A stretch of 64,000 bases of DNA from the human T2T-CHM13v2.0 reference genome, Homo sapiens: NCBI RefSeq assembly GCF_009914755.1, contig NC_060939.1; one strand, written 5' to 3'. Below, one piece after another: positions 13,062-24,395 of the stretch; the stretch's first letter is position 1; each line of letters starts with the position of its first letter. The translations under genes and the position numbers were made by a program. The notes beneath the pieces are model-generated. The model was not told the DNA's origin. It was given only the letters and a program-made list of their open reading frames with translations, and ran no database searches.

Positions 13062-13908
13062 TTTTTTTTATTTTATTTTTAATTTCTGTGGGTAGTCTAT
13101 ATACTCGTGAGGTACATGAGTTATTTTGATGTAGGTATACAATGCATAATAATCACATCAGAGTAAATGGTATATCCGTCACCTCAAGCATTTATCCTTT
13201 GTGTTACAAACAATCCAGTTATACTATTTTAGTTATTTTAAAATGTACAGTGAAATTATTTTTACGGCAGTAACCCTGTTGTGCTAGCAAATACTATATT
13301 ATTCAGTCTTTCTAACTAGTTTTTATATCCATTAACCCTCTTCACTTCCCCTCCCACCCCCCCACTACCTTTCCCATCCTCTGGTAACCATCCTTCTACT
13401 CTATCTCCATGAGTTCAACTGCTTTAATTTTGAGCTCCCACATATAAGTGAGGACCATGTGAAGTTTGTCATTCTGCCCTTGTCTTATTTCACTTAACCT
13501 AATGACCTCCAGTTCCATCCATATTTTTGCAAATGACTAGATCTCATTCTTTTTATGGCTTAAAAGTACTCCATTGTGTACATGTACAACATTTTATTTA
13601 TTCATCTGTTGACAGACACTTAGGTTGCTTCCAAATCTTGGCTATTGTGAATCATGCTGCAATAACATGGGAGTAGAGATATCTCTTTAATATCCTGATT
13701 TCCTTTATTTTGTTTATATACCCAGTAGTGGGATTGCTGGGTCATATGGTAGCTCTATTTTTATTTTTTTGAGGAACGGTTAAACTGTTCTCTGTAGTGG
13801 TTGTAGTAATTTACATTCCCAATAAGAGTGTATAAGGGTTTGCTTGTCTCCACATCCTCGCCAGCATTTGCTGTTGCCTGCCTTTTGGATAAAAGCCATT
13901 TTAACTTG
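13062..13908 (-). mobile_element. L1MA (L1MA2/3-like) 3' end, 5'-truncated
   Basis: Poly-T, then atgcataataatcacatcagagtaaatgg...acatcctcgccagcatttg...ggataaaagccattttaact. Confidence 0.9.
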
Positions 13909-14103
13909 GAGAGAAACATGGCTTAAATTTATAATGAAATTATTTTTCCATAATGACTATTATTCATTATTAATCAAAAGAGAACGAAGAAACAAGACAG
14001 GAAGTGATGGGATCAGGGGACATTGGATTGAAATAAAAATTAATCCCAGATAATTCACAAACCTGGTAACACTCAAAAAGAGGGCCAGTGAGTATATTCA
14101 TTC

Positions 14104-14170
14104 ATCTATCTATCCATCATTGGTCTATCTATCTATCTATCTATCATCTATCTATCTATCTATCTATCTG
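14104..14170. repeat. (TCTA)n tetranucleotide microsatellite
   Basis: Direct reading. Confidence 0.95.
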
Positions 14171-14904
14171 TGTGTGTATCTTATTTCTTTTAGACTTCAT
14201 GGACTTCAAACTATAGTTCAGAGATTCTGCTACATTAATTAAAAAAGCAGAAGATTCAAGAGGCAGATATCGTTTGGATAAAGGGATGTACATGTCTTTT
14301 AGATCTGAGCCTGGGACTCTGATTTCCTAACCTCATGACAATGTTCAATATTCTACAGAGAAAAATAATAAATCCTAAACCTGTGTGACATCACACTTTC
14401 AGACAGTCTCTTTATCTTTCTGTGCCTACATCATTTATCAAGAAAGAGGCTCTCTGAGGAGTTGATGCAAGTTTTTTGTGATGATCTGGACACTGGTTCA
14501 GGAAAGAAAAAGAATTTCCTTGTTGATTCAATCAAGGATGGATGAGTCACTTTGAAATATGTTTGTCTCTTACCACTAGTCATTTTCTTCAAAGATCCCC
14601 ACCATCAATAAGAATTATAACCTCTGAAATGCTTTTCCCTAATGAAAAAGTATTTTCATTTTGATAATGTAGCATGTGATTAGTAAGACTCTTTAATTGA
14701 CTTACTTTCTGGAGGTTTTAAAATTTTTCTCAGAGAGGAGCGTTTCATTCATCAGAATACAAGCAGAGGCTACCCTTCCTGTGTTGGTTCAAACAGTTAA
14801 GCCAGGCACCAAGGGCCTCCCTTTGTTGTTCTTTTGGGTAGAGCCTCCTTGGATGGCTGCCCTAAAAACTGCAAGGGAGGTTGTATTGCAGACTGCAGGC
14901 AATT

Positions 14905-15150
14905 ATTATATTAGCTCCCAATCCCTGAGTATTTATTATGCTCCAGGCATTTTATAAGCACTTCATATGTATTATCTACCTCAGTCCTCGCAGTAACCCT
15001 AAGAACATCATCCCCATTTAGGGAGATGAAACTGGGTCTCAGAGAGGCTCAATGATTTGTCCAAAGCTTCATAGCTAACTAACATTAGAGTCAAGATTTG
15101 AATGAAGGTTAATTAGAATCCAAAACAGGTACTCTTAGCCAATATGCTGT
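14905..15150 (+). mobile_element. MIR
   Basis: ccccatttagggagatgaaactgggtctcagagagg...gatttgtccaaag. Confidence 0.75.
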
Positions 15151-15367
15151 ACCTACTTCCAGTATAGTGCAAAGTGATCGCATTTAGAGACCTGGAAAAT
15201 CTGTTCTGCTTCCCTAAGAATTTTCATTACTCAATCTTTGACCCTGCTCACTTCCCCCCTGGAGCTGAGCAAATCAGGATGCTACAGTTTTCTAAAATTT
15301 GAACCCTTCCTAAAATACCAAGTGTGTCTTGGCAAAGACAAGTACCTAACAAGCAGGGGCTAGTGAA

Positions 15368-15590
15368 TTACCATATTTCATCAAACTAAAATGCATTGAT
15401 TGCGAGATGTATCATTAGTTTATATATGCTACGAAAAAGAAAAGGGATGCCAAATTAAATTGACACAGTGTTTTCCTATCACATAGATTTTTTATTTTAA
15501 ACATCTTGGAAAAGCTTTGACTCCATGAAACAATTTTTATAGTTTATCATTCACATATATACATTAAAAAATTTCCTTAAGTGGATATAT
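15368..15590 (+). mobile_element. TcMar-Tc2 (Kanga/MER104-like) DNA transposon fragment
   Basis: taccatatttcatcaaactaaaatgcattgattgcgagatgtatcatt resembles the Tc2 terminus. Confidence 0.5.
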
Positions 15591-15924
15591 TTCTAAAATG
15601 TCCTCAAATTTGGAGCCTCACTCTTGTGAGTTTCTTCCTTTCTCACAGTCAGCTCTGACTATGCTTTTCCACACAATATTATCCCCTGACATCAAGTGTG
15701 TGGAAGGTGCAGAAGTTCTTGCAGAAATCCATAAATAAATGAAAAATCCTTTGTTTTGGCCTCCTAGGCTGGCTTTGCAGTCACGTAGAGGTAGCCTAGC
15801 TTTGGAAATGTTGCTAAACATGTCTGGTTTACCCTCTTTCTTACTCCTTTCCCACAATCATTTGGTTTCTCGAGGTTAAAAGAATGCATTGTTATTGACC
15901 CTTAGATTTTCTTCCAAGCCCGAA

Positions 15925-16320
15925 ATGAGTTGGTGGACTAAGTAAGGCCAATTGTGCTCCCTGTGTGGATGGGTATCCTCTGACACTTGAGGGGCTGAAT
16001 ACAGCAAAAGGTGGAGGCAGGTTGAATTCATTCTTGGCCTGACTGCTTGAGCTGGAACATCAGTCTTCTCTTCCCTCAGCACTCCTGGTTCTCAGGCCTT
16101 CAAACTCAGACTGGAATCTACACCATTGGCTCTCCTTGGAACTACACAGAAAGCTTTCCCGGCTCTCCAGCTTGCAGACGCAGGTTGTGGGACTTCTCAG
16201 CCTCCATAATCATGTAAGCCAATACTTTAAAACAAATCTTTCTCTCTCTGCACACACACACACACAAACACACACACGCACACCATGGTTCTGTTTCTCT
16301 GAAGAATCCTGACTAATACT
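15925..16320 (+). mobile_element. MLT2-type ERV-L LTR
   Basis: ggactaagtaagg...ctcctggttctcaggcctt...gggacttctcagcctccataatcatgtaagcc...ctgactaatac. Confidence 0.85.
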
Positions 16321-16372
16321 CCCATTCTGCAGGTATAATTTTAGTGCTTTTATGTTCTTTCAAGCATGCAAT

Positions 16373-16560
16373 CCAGTAGTTCTAAAACTTGAGTGTGTAT
16401 CAGAATCACTTGGTGAGCTTGTTAAAACACAAACTGCTGAATCTGATCTTCTGCTTTGCTATGTCTGGGATTAGACCCGTGAATTTGTACTTTTAACAGA
16501 TTCCTATATGATGCAGATGCTGCTGGTGGGGGAGAAGCACAAACTTTTAGGATCATTGGT
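16373..16560. mobile_element. MER5A (hAT-Charlie)
   Basis: cagtagttctaaaacttgagtgtgtatcagaatcacttgg...gatgctgctggtgg. Confidence 0.8.
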
Positions 16561-16731
16561 ATAAGCAATCTCAACCAAACCACTGCCAGGCTCACAGCGC
16601 TCGCAAGACTTCACTGATTTTAAGAGGCAGTCAGAGATTTTAAAGTTTGAAAATAACACACAACTTTGAATTGGTGAAGTACGATAAATTCCATTTTCCT
16701 TTACCTTAAGCTATGGTATCATTTTCATTCC

Positions 16732-17374
16732 TTCTTTTTTTTATTTTTTATTTTTATTTATTTATTTATTATTATTATACTTTAAGTTTTAGGGTACATG
16801 TGCACAATGTGCAGGTTAGTTACATATGTATACATGTACCATGCTGGTGTGCTGCACCCACTAACTCGTCATCTAGCATTAGGTATATCTCCCAATGCTA
16901 TCCCTCCCCCCTCCCCCCACCCCACAACAGTCCCCAGAGTGTGATATTCCCCTTCCTGTGTCCATGTGTTCTCATTGTTCAATTCCCACCTATGAGTGAG
17001 AATATGCGGTGTTTGGTTTTTTGTCCTTGCGCTAGTTTACTGAGAATGATGATTTCCAATTTCATCCATGTCCCTACAAAGGACATGAACTCATCATTTT
17101 TTATGGCTGCATAGTATTCCATGGTGTATATGTGCCACATTTTCTTAATCCAGTCTATCATTGTTGGACATTTGGGTTGGTTCCAAGTCTTTGCTATTGT
17201 GAATAATGCCGCAATAAACATACGTGTGCATGTGTCTTTATAGCAGCATGATTTATAGTCCTTTGGGTATATACCCAGTAATGGGATGGCTGGGTCAAAT
17301 GGTATTTCTAGTTCTAGATCCCTGAGGAATTGCCACACTGACTTCCACAATGGTTGAACTAGTTTACAGTCCCA
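16732..17374 (-). mobile_element. Young L1 (L1PA2/PA3-type) 3' end, ~640 bp, 5'-truncated
   Basis: ORF 16979..17350(-) is the ORF2 C-terminus ...[13 protein letters not shown]; intact 3' UTR with GAG (not L1Hs-Ta ACA); poly-A tail. Confidence 0.97.
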
Positions 17375-17519
17375 TTGTCACTTGACTTACATTTAATCTA
17401 TTCATTCACTTATTTATAATAAGAATATTATTACTTGTTCCAAAGATGACTTAAAATTGTTTCTACAATTTTAGCTAAAGTTTCTTTCTCCTATTATTTT
17501 AGGCAAGAAATGGTCTGTA

Positions 17520-17608
17520 AATATATGTATATGACTATGTATATATATATTATATATAATATATATATACTATATATATATATCTGACTGACTATATATA
17601 CACACATA
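17520..17608. repeat. (TA)n low complexity
   Basis: Direct reading. Confidence 0.9.
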
Positions 17609-18439
17609 GAGGAACTTATTCTATATATCAAACTCCTGCAGGCTGACATGCACTGCCTCTGATAGGGAACTCACTGCTTTGAGATACAGCCCTCTTGGCT
17701 TCTGATTTCTAGAATGTGTTTCTTTATATCACCTGAAGGAACAAGTAACCTACCAACATTATAAGATGATCTAACAAAGAGCCCCATGAGATACCTGACT
17801 GCACCTGCACATCACATACACCTCTCATTCTGAGAACACACATGAGAAATATTCCTATCTGGTCATAGCTGGGAACAGTTGTGTTTTTCCTAAGTAACTT
17901 TTTTGTGATCATTATGTGTAAACTTTTAATTGATCATGTTTCCCTTTTTGGCTTTATTCTCCAGTAGCTTAGACTCAAGTTTCTTGCCAGCTTTTAGCAA
18001 CTAACTGGACTGTGCTCTCCCTCTGCTCCTGGACCCCTGTGACCACTGAGATCTTGTCTCTCTAGCTTCTTTACTCCCAGGCCGGGCTACTCACCACTGT
18101 GAAGATTTCAGTTCCCTTGAGTGAGGCTGAGGCTTTCTCACTGGGATTCACTCAATCAGTCAGAATCCTGGAAGAAAGCCTGAAGTCACTGTCTCCATCT
18201 GAGCCTGAGACCTTCTTAGGGTGCAATATTTACAAGCCATATATGCCTCCTGGGATGCCTGGGTTCCCTGCTGTCCACCAAAGGAGTAGTGGGTGCATTC
18301 TCTTGGCAACCTTGGGCTGGCTGCATCCACCCTATTCCCATCCCTGAATGCCAGTTGGCTACCATGAACACAGGTCTTCCAGCCACTGGTTTTCCTCAGT
18401 ACCTTCCATGTTTCTTCACCCAATCTTCCTCTGTCCCAA

Positions 18440-19335
18440 TCTTTACAGTCTGACCTCGGGAACCTTGTTCTCTCATTAACAAGCTCCTATGACTTCTTCA
18501 CTGAACATTTCTTTTACTTCCTTTCCCATAAAAAATCTTAGCTTCTCCTAGAAGAGTTCACTCCCCATTCAGCCTCTCAATGGGCAGTAGCTTTTTTCAC
18601 ACCCCAAGTGCCTCAAATCAGGAGGCAGGGCCAACACTCTCCTGATAAAAATCCCTGCTCACTGATAAGTGTGTCATTCAGCTTAACCACTCTTTATACC
18701 TCCCCTTTACTATCACCTACTGTCTTAGTCTGTTTGGGCTGCTGTAATAAAATACCATAAACTAGGTAGCTTACAGATCACAAATTTTTTTTTCCTCGCA
18801 GTTGCAGGCTGAGAAGTTCAAGATCAAGGCAGAGACAGATTCAGTGTCTGGTGAGGGCCCTCTTCCTGGTTTCCAGAAGGCTATGTTCTTACCTTATTCT
18901 CAAATGGCAGGAAAAGAGAGAAGGAGAGCTCTCTGGGGTCTCTTTGACAAGGCATTAATGCCAATCATGAGGGCTTCACCCTCATGACCTAATTATCTCC
19001 CAAAGGCCCCACTTCTGATACCATCATATTGGGGGTTAGGATTTCAACTTATGAATTTGGGGGCACACACTCAGTCCACAACAGCATCTCAGTGAAGGGC
19101 TTACTATATCCCACCTTTTCCTTCCTCTCTACACTCACAACCAGTTGATTAGAAGTTCTGTTAATTTGACCTTCCATTCTGTCTCTTACTTTACTTACTT
19201 TTCTCTATCCCCATTGCCATTATCCTAGCTTAGATCACCGTCACCTATCTCCTGGATCACCCTACCCTCCACAGCCATCCATCTGGTTTTCTTACCTCCA
19301 TCTTCCCCCATTTCCAATCCAGCCTGGCTTCTGAA
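18440..19335 (+). mobile_element. L2 fragments interrupted by an MLT1A/MST LTR
   Basis: ttcactgaacatttc...cagcctctcaatgg (L2 upstream part) and ccccattgccattatcctagcttagatcaccgtcacc (L2 downstream part). Confidence 0.5.
18721..19086 (-). mobile_element. MaLR LTR (MLT1A/MSTD-like)
   Basis: tgtcttagtctgtttgggctgctgtaataaaataccataaactagg...ctcatgacctaattatctcccaaaggcccc...acagca. Confidence 0.88.
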
Positions 19336-21634
19336 AACTATAGATTAGGGTCTCAGGGCTTGCTTTTGAGTATTGTTTGTCAATTCCCCTGATATCACTG
19401 GCTTTGAGACCTCATGGTTTCCATTTATGCAAGTGGGAATTGGAAGACTATAATCCCCCAGGAACATCAATTATGCTAATTGTAATAAAATTATAATACT
19501 TCCTTTCTGTAGAACTCTGGGCTTTAGAATGCATTGTCACATATATAATGAGTCCTCAAAGATGTTTTTCACCTGTATTTCATAAATCAGGGAACTGAGG
19601 CTCAGCGTACTTGAGTCATATTTAAGGTTCATGAAGTAGTAACTAATCAGGAATTTAAATTCCATTTCCCACACCTATGCTCATTCCTATGCTCCAGGCT
19701 ATACCATAACGGAGATTGTGTTTTACATTTAAAATGCCAATGACTCTATTCTTAAATGGAGAAAACTGTCGCAGTCATCAGAAGCCTGTCCTGTACAAAG
19801 ATACCCATGTGTCCATTTAAATGAATGGAGTAGAGGAGGAGCCTTTCTCAGATAGACTGGCCACTTAGATAAAGGTAATGAGAGTGTTAATACAGTGACA
19901 GGTATGCAGCTCCACACATGGGGAGGCCAGGACATCCAGTTAGGCCTATCGAAACAATATTTAGAAAAAAAAAACACACAATAGTGGTCATCCTTGCTTC
20001 TTAGCAATTTTTACTCATTTTTTTATTGTTAAAGGAAAAAGTCAGCTGGGCTTATCTCATTTGTCCATTTGTTCGAGAGACAACTTGTTTTATTTTCAAA
20101 GTTACAATCGATAATCTTGAAAACAGAAACAATACTATAGTAACTGGCCAACACATTTTTTTATAGAGGTAAAGAAATCCAACAAGTGCATTCAAAATTT
20201 AGTTCAGGAGCAGCGAGGAGTGATGTTTACTTGTCCCTTTGCTTGAGAGACCTGGGGTTTCTCCCACCACCCAGGGTGCATTATGAGGCTGGAGTGGGAG
20301 GACCATCTGTATTTAATTGAGGAAGGAATAGTAACCTATTGCCTGATCTGCTATTGGTGACATTTGCCCTGTTCACTAGGGAACAGCTCTTTAAAGGGTT
20401 TCAAGAAATAGCTACCAACAGCCTTAATTTAACAGCTGTGCTGAACTATTGCGGAACATCCAGATGTGGAGCTGTCTGTGGGAAATACAATCCGTCCAAA
20501 GGAGGAGATAATGGTTCCCCTTGTGGGCCCAGCCTTCCCGAGCTTTCGAGAACTTAGTGTCTACCCTGTCTTTGTTTAAGGCAGTTATCAGCCTAATTAC
20601 TCATATGCAAGCCAACAGCTGTTTTCCCAGTTGAGAGTCATTTTATACTATATTGCCTCCTTTACACTTATTTGTCATATTAGGAAAAATATTGAGGGGC
20701 AGAAGTGTTTGCAGCTGTACATTTAAAACATCTCATGTAGCACTAAAGTTTGATAATGAGATGAACTGAACTTCATTTCATTATAGTGACTTTTTCTTTC
20801 TCTTTTTTCTTCCTCACTTTAGCTGTCACCTTCACTATGGTGTCAGTCCTTGGGTTCTACTTATGGAGACTCATATTATTTTGCCAGAAAGCCTAAGAAC
20901 GAGTTTAGCTATTAAAAGTAACTCTACTTCTGAAGTCATATTTTATTCCCCTGCAATAGTTTCAATACCAGGGCAAGTAAACAGTGATTAAACAAAAAAT
21001 GGCGGCAATTATCTTTGCGGGCTTTGCTGTACACATAAAATCTCAAAGAAGGACTGAATTCTTTGACCAATTGAAATGATCCCCAAATTTGAAGAGAAGC
21101 CATTTATTTCCTGGTGTACTTTAGACTTCATCTTCAGAACTGCCGTTTTTATTAATTGTCCAATTCAGAATTCAAAGATAGTACTGTTCTGCTTAGGAAT
21201 TCAAAGCAAACTCAAGAAGTAACTCAGCAAAATATGCATTGAATTTTGTGCCTAAAGTCACAAACGTTTTAAAGTGTTTTTTCTGCAGCCACATAGAAGA
21301 CTAAAACTCTCATTCCAGAAAGGAAGCAAATTTTTAGAGATACTTCCTCATTTGCTGGTGTGGATCAGATTCACTCATACCTACTTAACAGCCATAACAG
21401 ACCATAACATGATTACTCCAATCCACATTTACTTTCTACAAGTAAGTTGTTAGACTTACAAATAAGTTGTTAGTATCAATTATACTTCACTAAAGCTGAA
21501 AAATCAATGAAACACATGAAAAAGTGATTGCATAAAATTTTAGGGACTGTAAACTCAGGATTAAAAACTTCTATCATCTTCTCTTGTCTACGAATAAGTT
21601 GTTATTCTTGGGAGAAATAGAATAGCAAGATAAA

Positions 21635-21815
21635 TGCAGCCATGGAATGGGGGGCAAGTGTAGAGACTCAGGGAGCCTGGAGATCTACATTCCAGTCCTA
21701 CCTCTGCCATTTACTTCCAGGCGGTTCAGCTGGCCTTGGTTTCTCCATTTGCAAAATGAGGGGCTTGGACCAGATGAACAATCAAATCCTACTGGCTCTA
21801 ACATTCTACATTTCT
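21635..21815 (-). mobile_element. MIR3/MIR fragment
   Basis: ttggtttctccatttgcaaaatgaggggcttggaccagatga. Confidence 0.6.
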
Positions 21816-22894
21816 GTGGGAGAAGAGCAATCCTATAAAAGCAGAGAAGGTGTACAACTTGAGCATTCCCTCAAACACAAAAGTTCATCCTCATGAAACA
21901 GGGAAAGCAAGTAACTGCAACCCCAGAGAGGTGACAGAGGCCTCGGGAAGGGGCCATTTTAGGAGACAGACAGCAGGACTCTAGGAAATTATCACTAACT
22001 TCAGAAAAGCAATGGAATTCTGGGGAAGAGATCCCATTGAAAGAGGCAGCACAGGCAGCTTGTGAGCAAGTCAGGGCCAAAGAAGCAGAAGGTCTGTGCA
22101 AGGGAAATATTGCCCCCTGCCCCTGCCCCCCGCCCCCACATCCACACACAGACATGCAGAGCAAGATTTTGGACAGGCTCTATTTTACATAGCTCAGGCT
22201 TAGAAATCAAACCTATTGTTCTCCCAGAACAGATTTATTTTTCTACCCTCAATAATTAGAAAAGCAGTTTGCTAGTCTATACTGTTTATTGCTTTACTTC
22301 CAATGTTCACGCTCCTTACAGCCTGAAATTATTAAATAGCACTTATGACTGGCAAGGAAGCACACTCTGAGTTTCTAATTAGCACAGACAAACCCTTGTT
22401 GGGCTAGAGGGGAAACATTTAATGAAGAATTACACAATAAGGTCCCATATTCGCACCAACCTGTTCTCTTCTATGGCATGGCTCACTGGTGAATCATTTT
22501 CACCTGCTCATATCAAATCATGCACAATCATTTGTCCCAACCTCTCTTCCTCTACTTTTGCTGAAAGCTTATCCACAATGTTTTCTTGAAGATTTCTTCT
22601 CCACCTGTGTATATCCAGGAACATTTCTTAAATTTTTGTTTTTGAAACAGCAATGAGAGTTACCAGTTTTTTTTTCTTTGACAGGAGCTTTATGTACAAG
22701 TGATCATGCAAGTTTGTCCTTACAAAAGTCAAGATAAATTCAATAGTCAAATACTTGCTTCTATTGGATCTGTACAGCAAGGGAGGTGGTCAGCAGTCCT
22801 AGCTGCCTCTCTCATCCCTTCCTGAATTCCCTTTTTTTCCTCCCTGTGTTTTCTCTAGCCTCCCACCCCTCAAGTTTAATCTTCTGTTTCTTAA

Positions 22895-23481
22895 ACAGGC
22901 ACTTCACAAACACAGGTATCCATATGGCTAATTCACAAACAAAAATGGATCAATAATTAGAAAAATTAATTAGTAAATTACTATTATTAAGAAGTTATTA
23001 TTAATTACTCCATTATTAACAAGAGAACTACAAACTAAAACCACAATGAAATAGCTGTATCACCCATTAGAATGGCCAAAATAAAAAGAATTGACAGTAA
23101 CAAGGGTTACCACTCTAGCAAGTTAATGGTGAAAAATGGAACCCTCATACACCACTGCTGGGGGGCAGTCCTCATACACTGCTGGAGAAGGTGTAAAGTG
23201 GTAAAAAATTACTTTGAAAAACTGGTAGTCTTCACTAACGTATATAAAAAATATTCATGGGAAACACCCATAACCCATGACCCAGAAATTTCTACCCCTG
23301 AATATATCACAGGTGAATATTTTCAGCAAAATACATGTACAAGAATGTTGATTGCAGCTTTACTTATAACAGCACCCAAATGGAAGTAATGAAAGTAGTC
23401 ATCAATAGTGGAAGAGATTTGTTAAAAGAGTGGATCTTAAGTATGCTCACCATACACACACACAAAAGATAACTATGTCAG

Positions 23482-23533
<52 letters not shown>

Positions 23534-24395
23534 AATAGCTTGGTTGTGCTCTTCATTTCACAATGTATATGTATATCAAAGTATCTCATTGTCACCTTTA
23601 ACATATATAATTTTAATTTGTCAATTATACTTCATTAAAGCTAAAAAATCAATGAGACACATGAAAACATGATTGCATAAAATTTTAGGGACTGTAAACT
23701 CAAGATTAAAAACTTCTATCATCTTCTCTTGTACGCTGTTAATAAGAATGCAAATTGGTAAAAAGCCAATGGAAGAAAATTTGGTATTATTTACTGAAAT
23801 TATAAATGCACACATCCTGTGAAGCAGTATCTCTGCTTTTAGGAAGTTATCTTACAAATATATTTTTATATGGGGGAAATGATGTTTGTATAAAGACATT
23901 AACTACAGTATTTTTATTATAGAAAGATTAGAAACAGCTAAATGGTCATCAATAAGGGATTGCTCAAATAAATTTTAGTATGCTTATAAAAATATTAGAA
24001 GATAGAACATTTTGGTATATTCGTTAATGAAGTATTACACAGCAGTGAGAAAGAATTAATGTCAGCTACACACAGCAACATGAATGCATCTTGCAGACAT
24101 AATGTTAAATGAAAGAAGCCAGAAACAAAAGAGTGCATACTGTTGATTCATGTCTAGGGAAAGATAAAACTAGTCTTTGGTGATACGCATTAGAATAGTG
24201 GTTTTATTTGTGGGAGGTTGGCTCTTAACGGCGAAAGAACACAAAGGGGACTTCTGCAATGTTGGAAATATTCTCCATGTTGATCTGGGTTATGGTTACA
24301 TGAGTGTATACATATGTAAAAATTCATCCATTTACACAATTAATCGTGGACTTTATTTATTGTCATATAATACACCAATAGTAGAGAAAAGCAAA
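22895..24395 (+). mobile_element. Nested old L1 fragments (L1ME-like host; L1MA/MB 3' end at ~23405-23648 with (TA)n)
   Basis: ORF 23072..23389 is a decayed ORF2 C-terminus (HCW...TCTRMLIAAL...APKWK); 3' end aatttgtcaattatacttcattaaagct. Confidence 0.85.

Noticed and set aside
16713-17114. Near-identical 133-aa + strand ORFs at 16713 and 39967 as a paralogous gene pair
   Set aside because: Antisense reading of the L1 3' UTR/ORF2 end, shared because both are L1PA copies
21435-21604. Three taagttgtta repeats as a CRISPR-like array
   Set aside because: Eukaryotic DNA, only three short copies with irregular spacing; explained by target duplication
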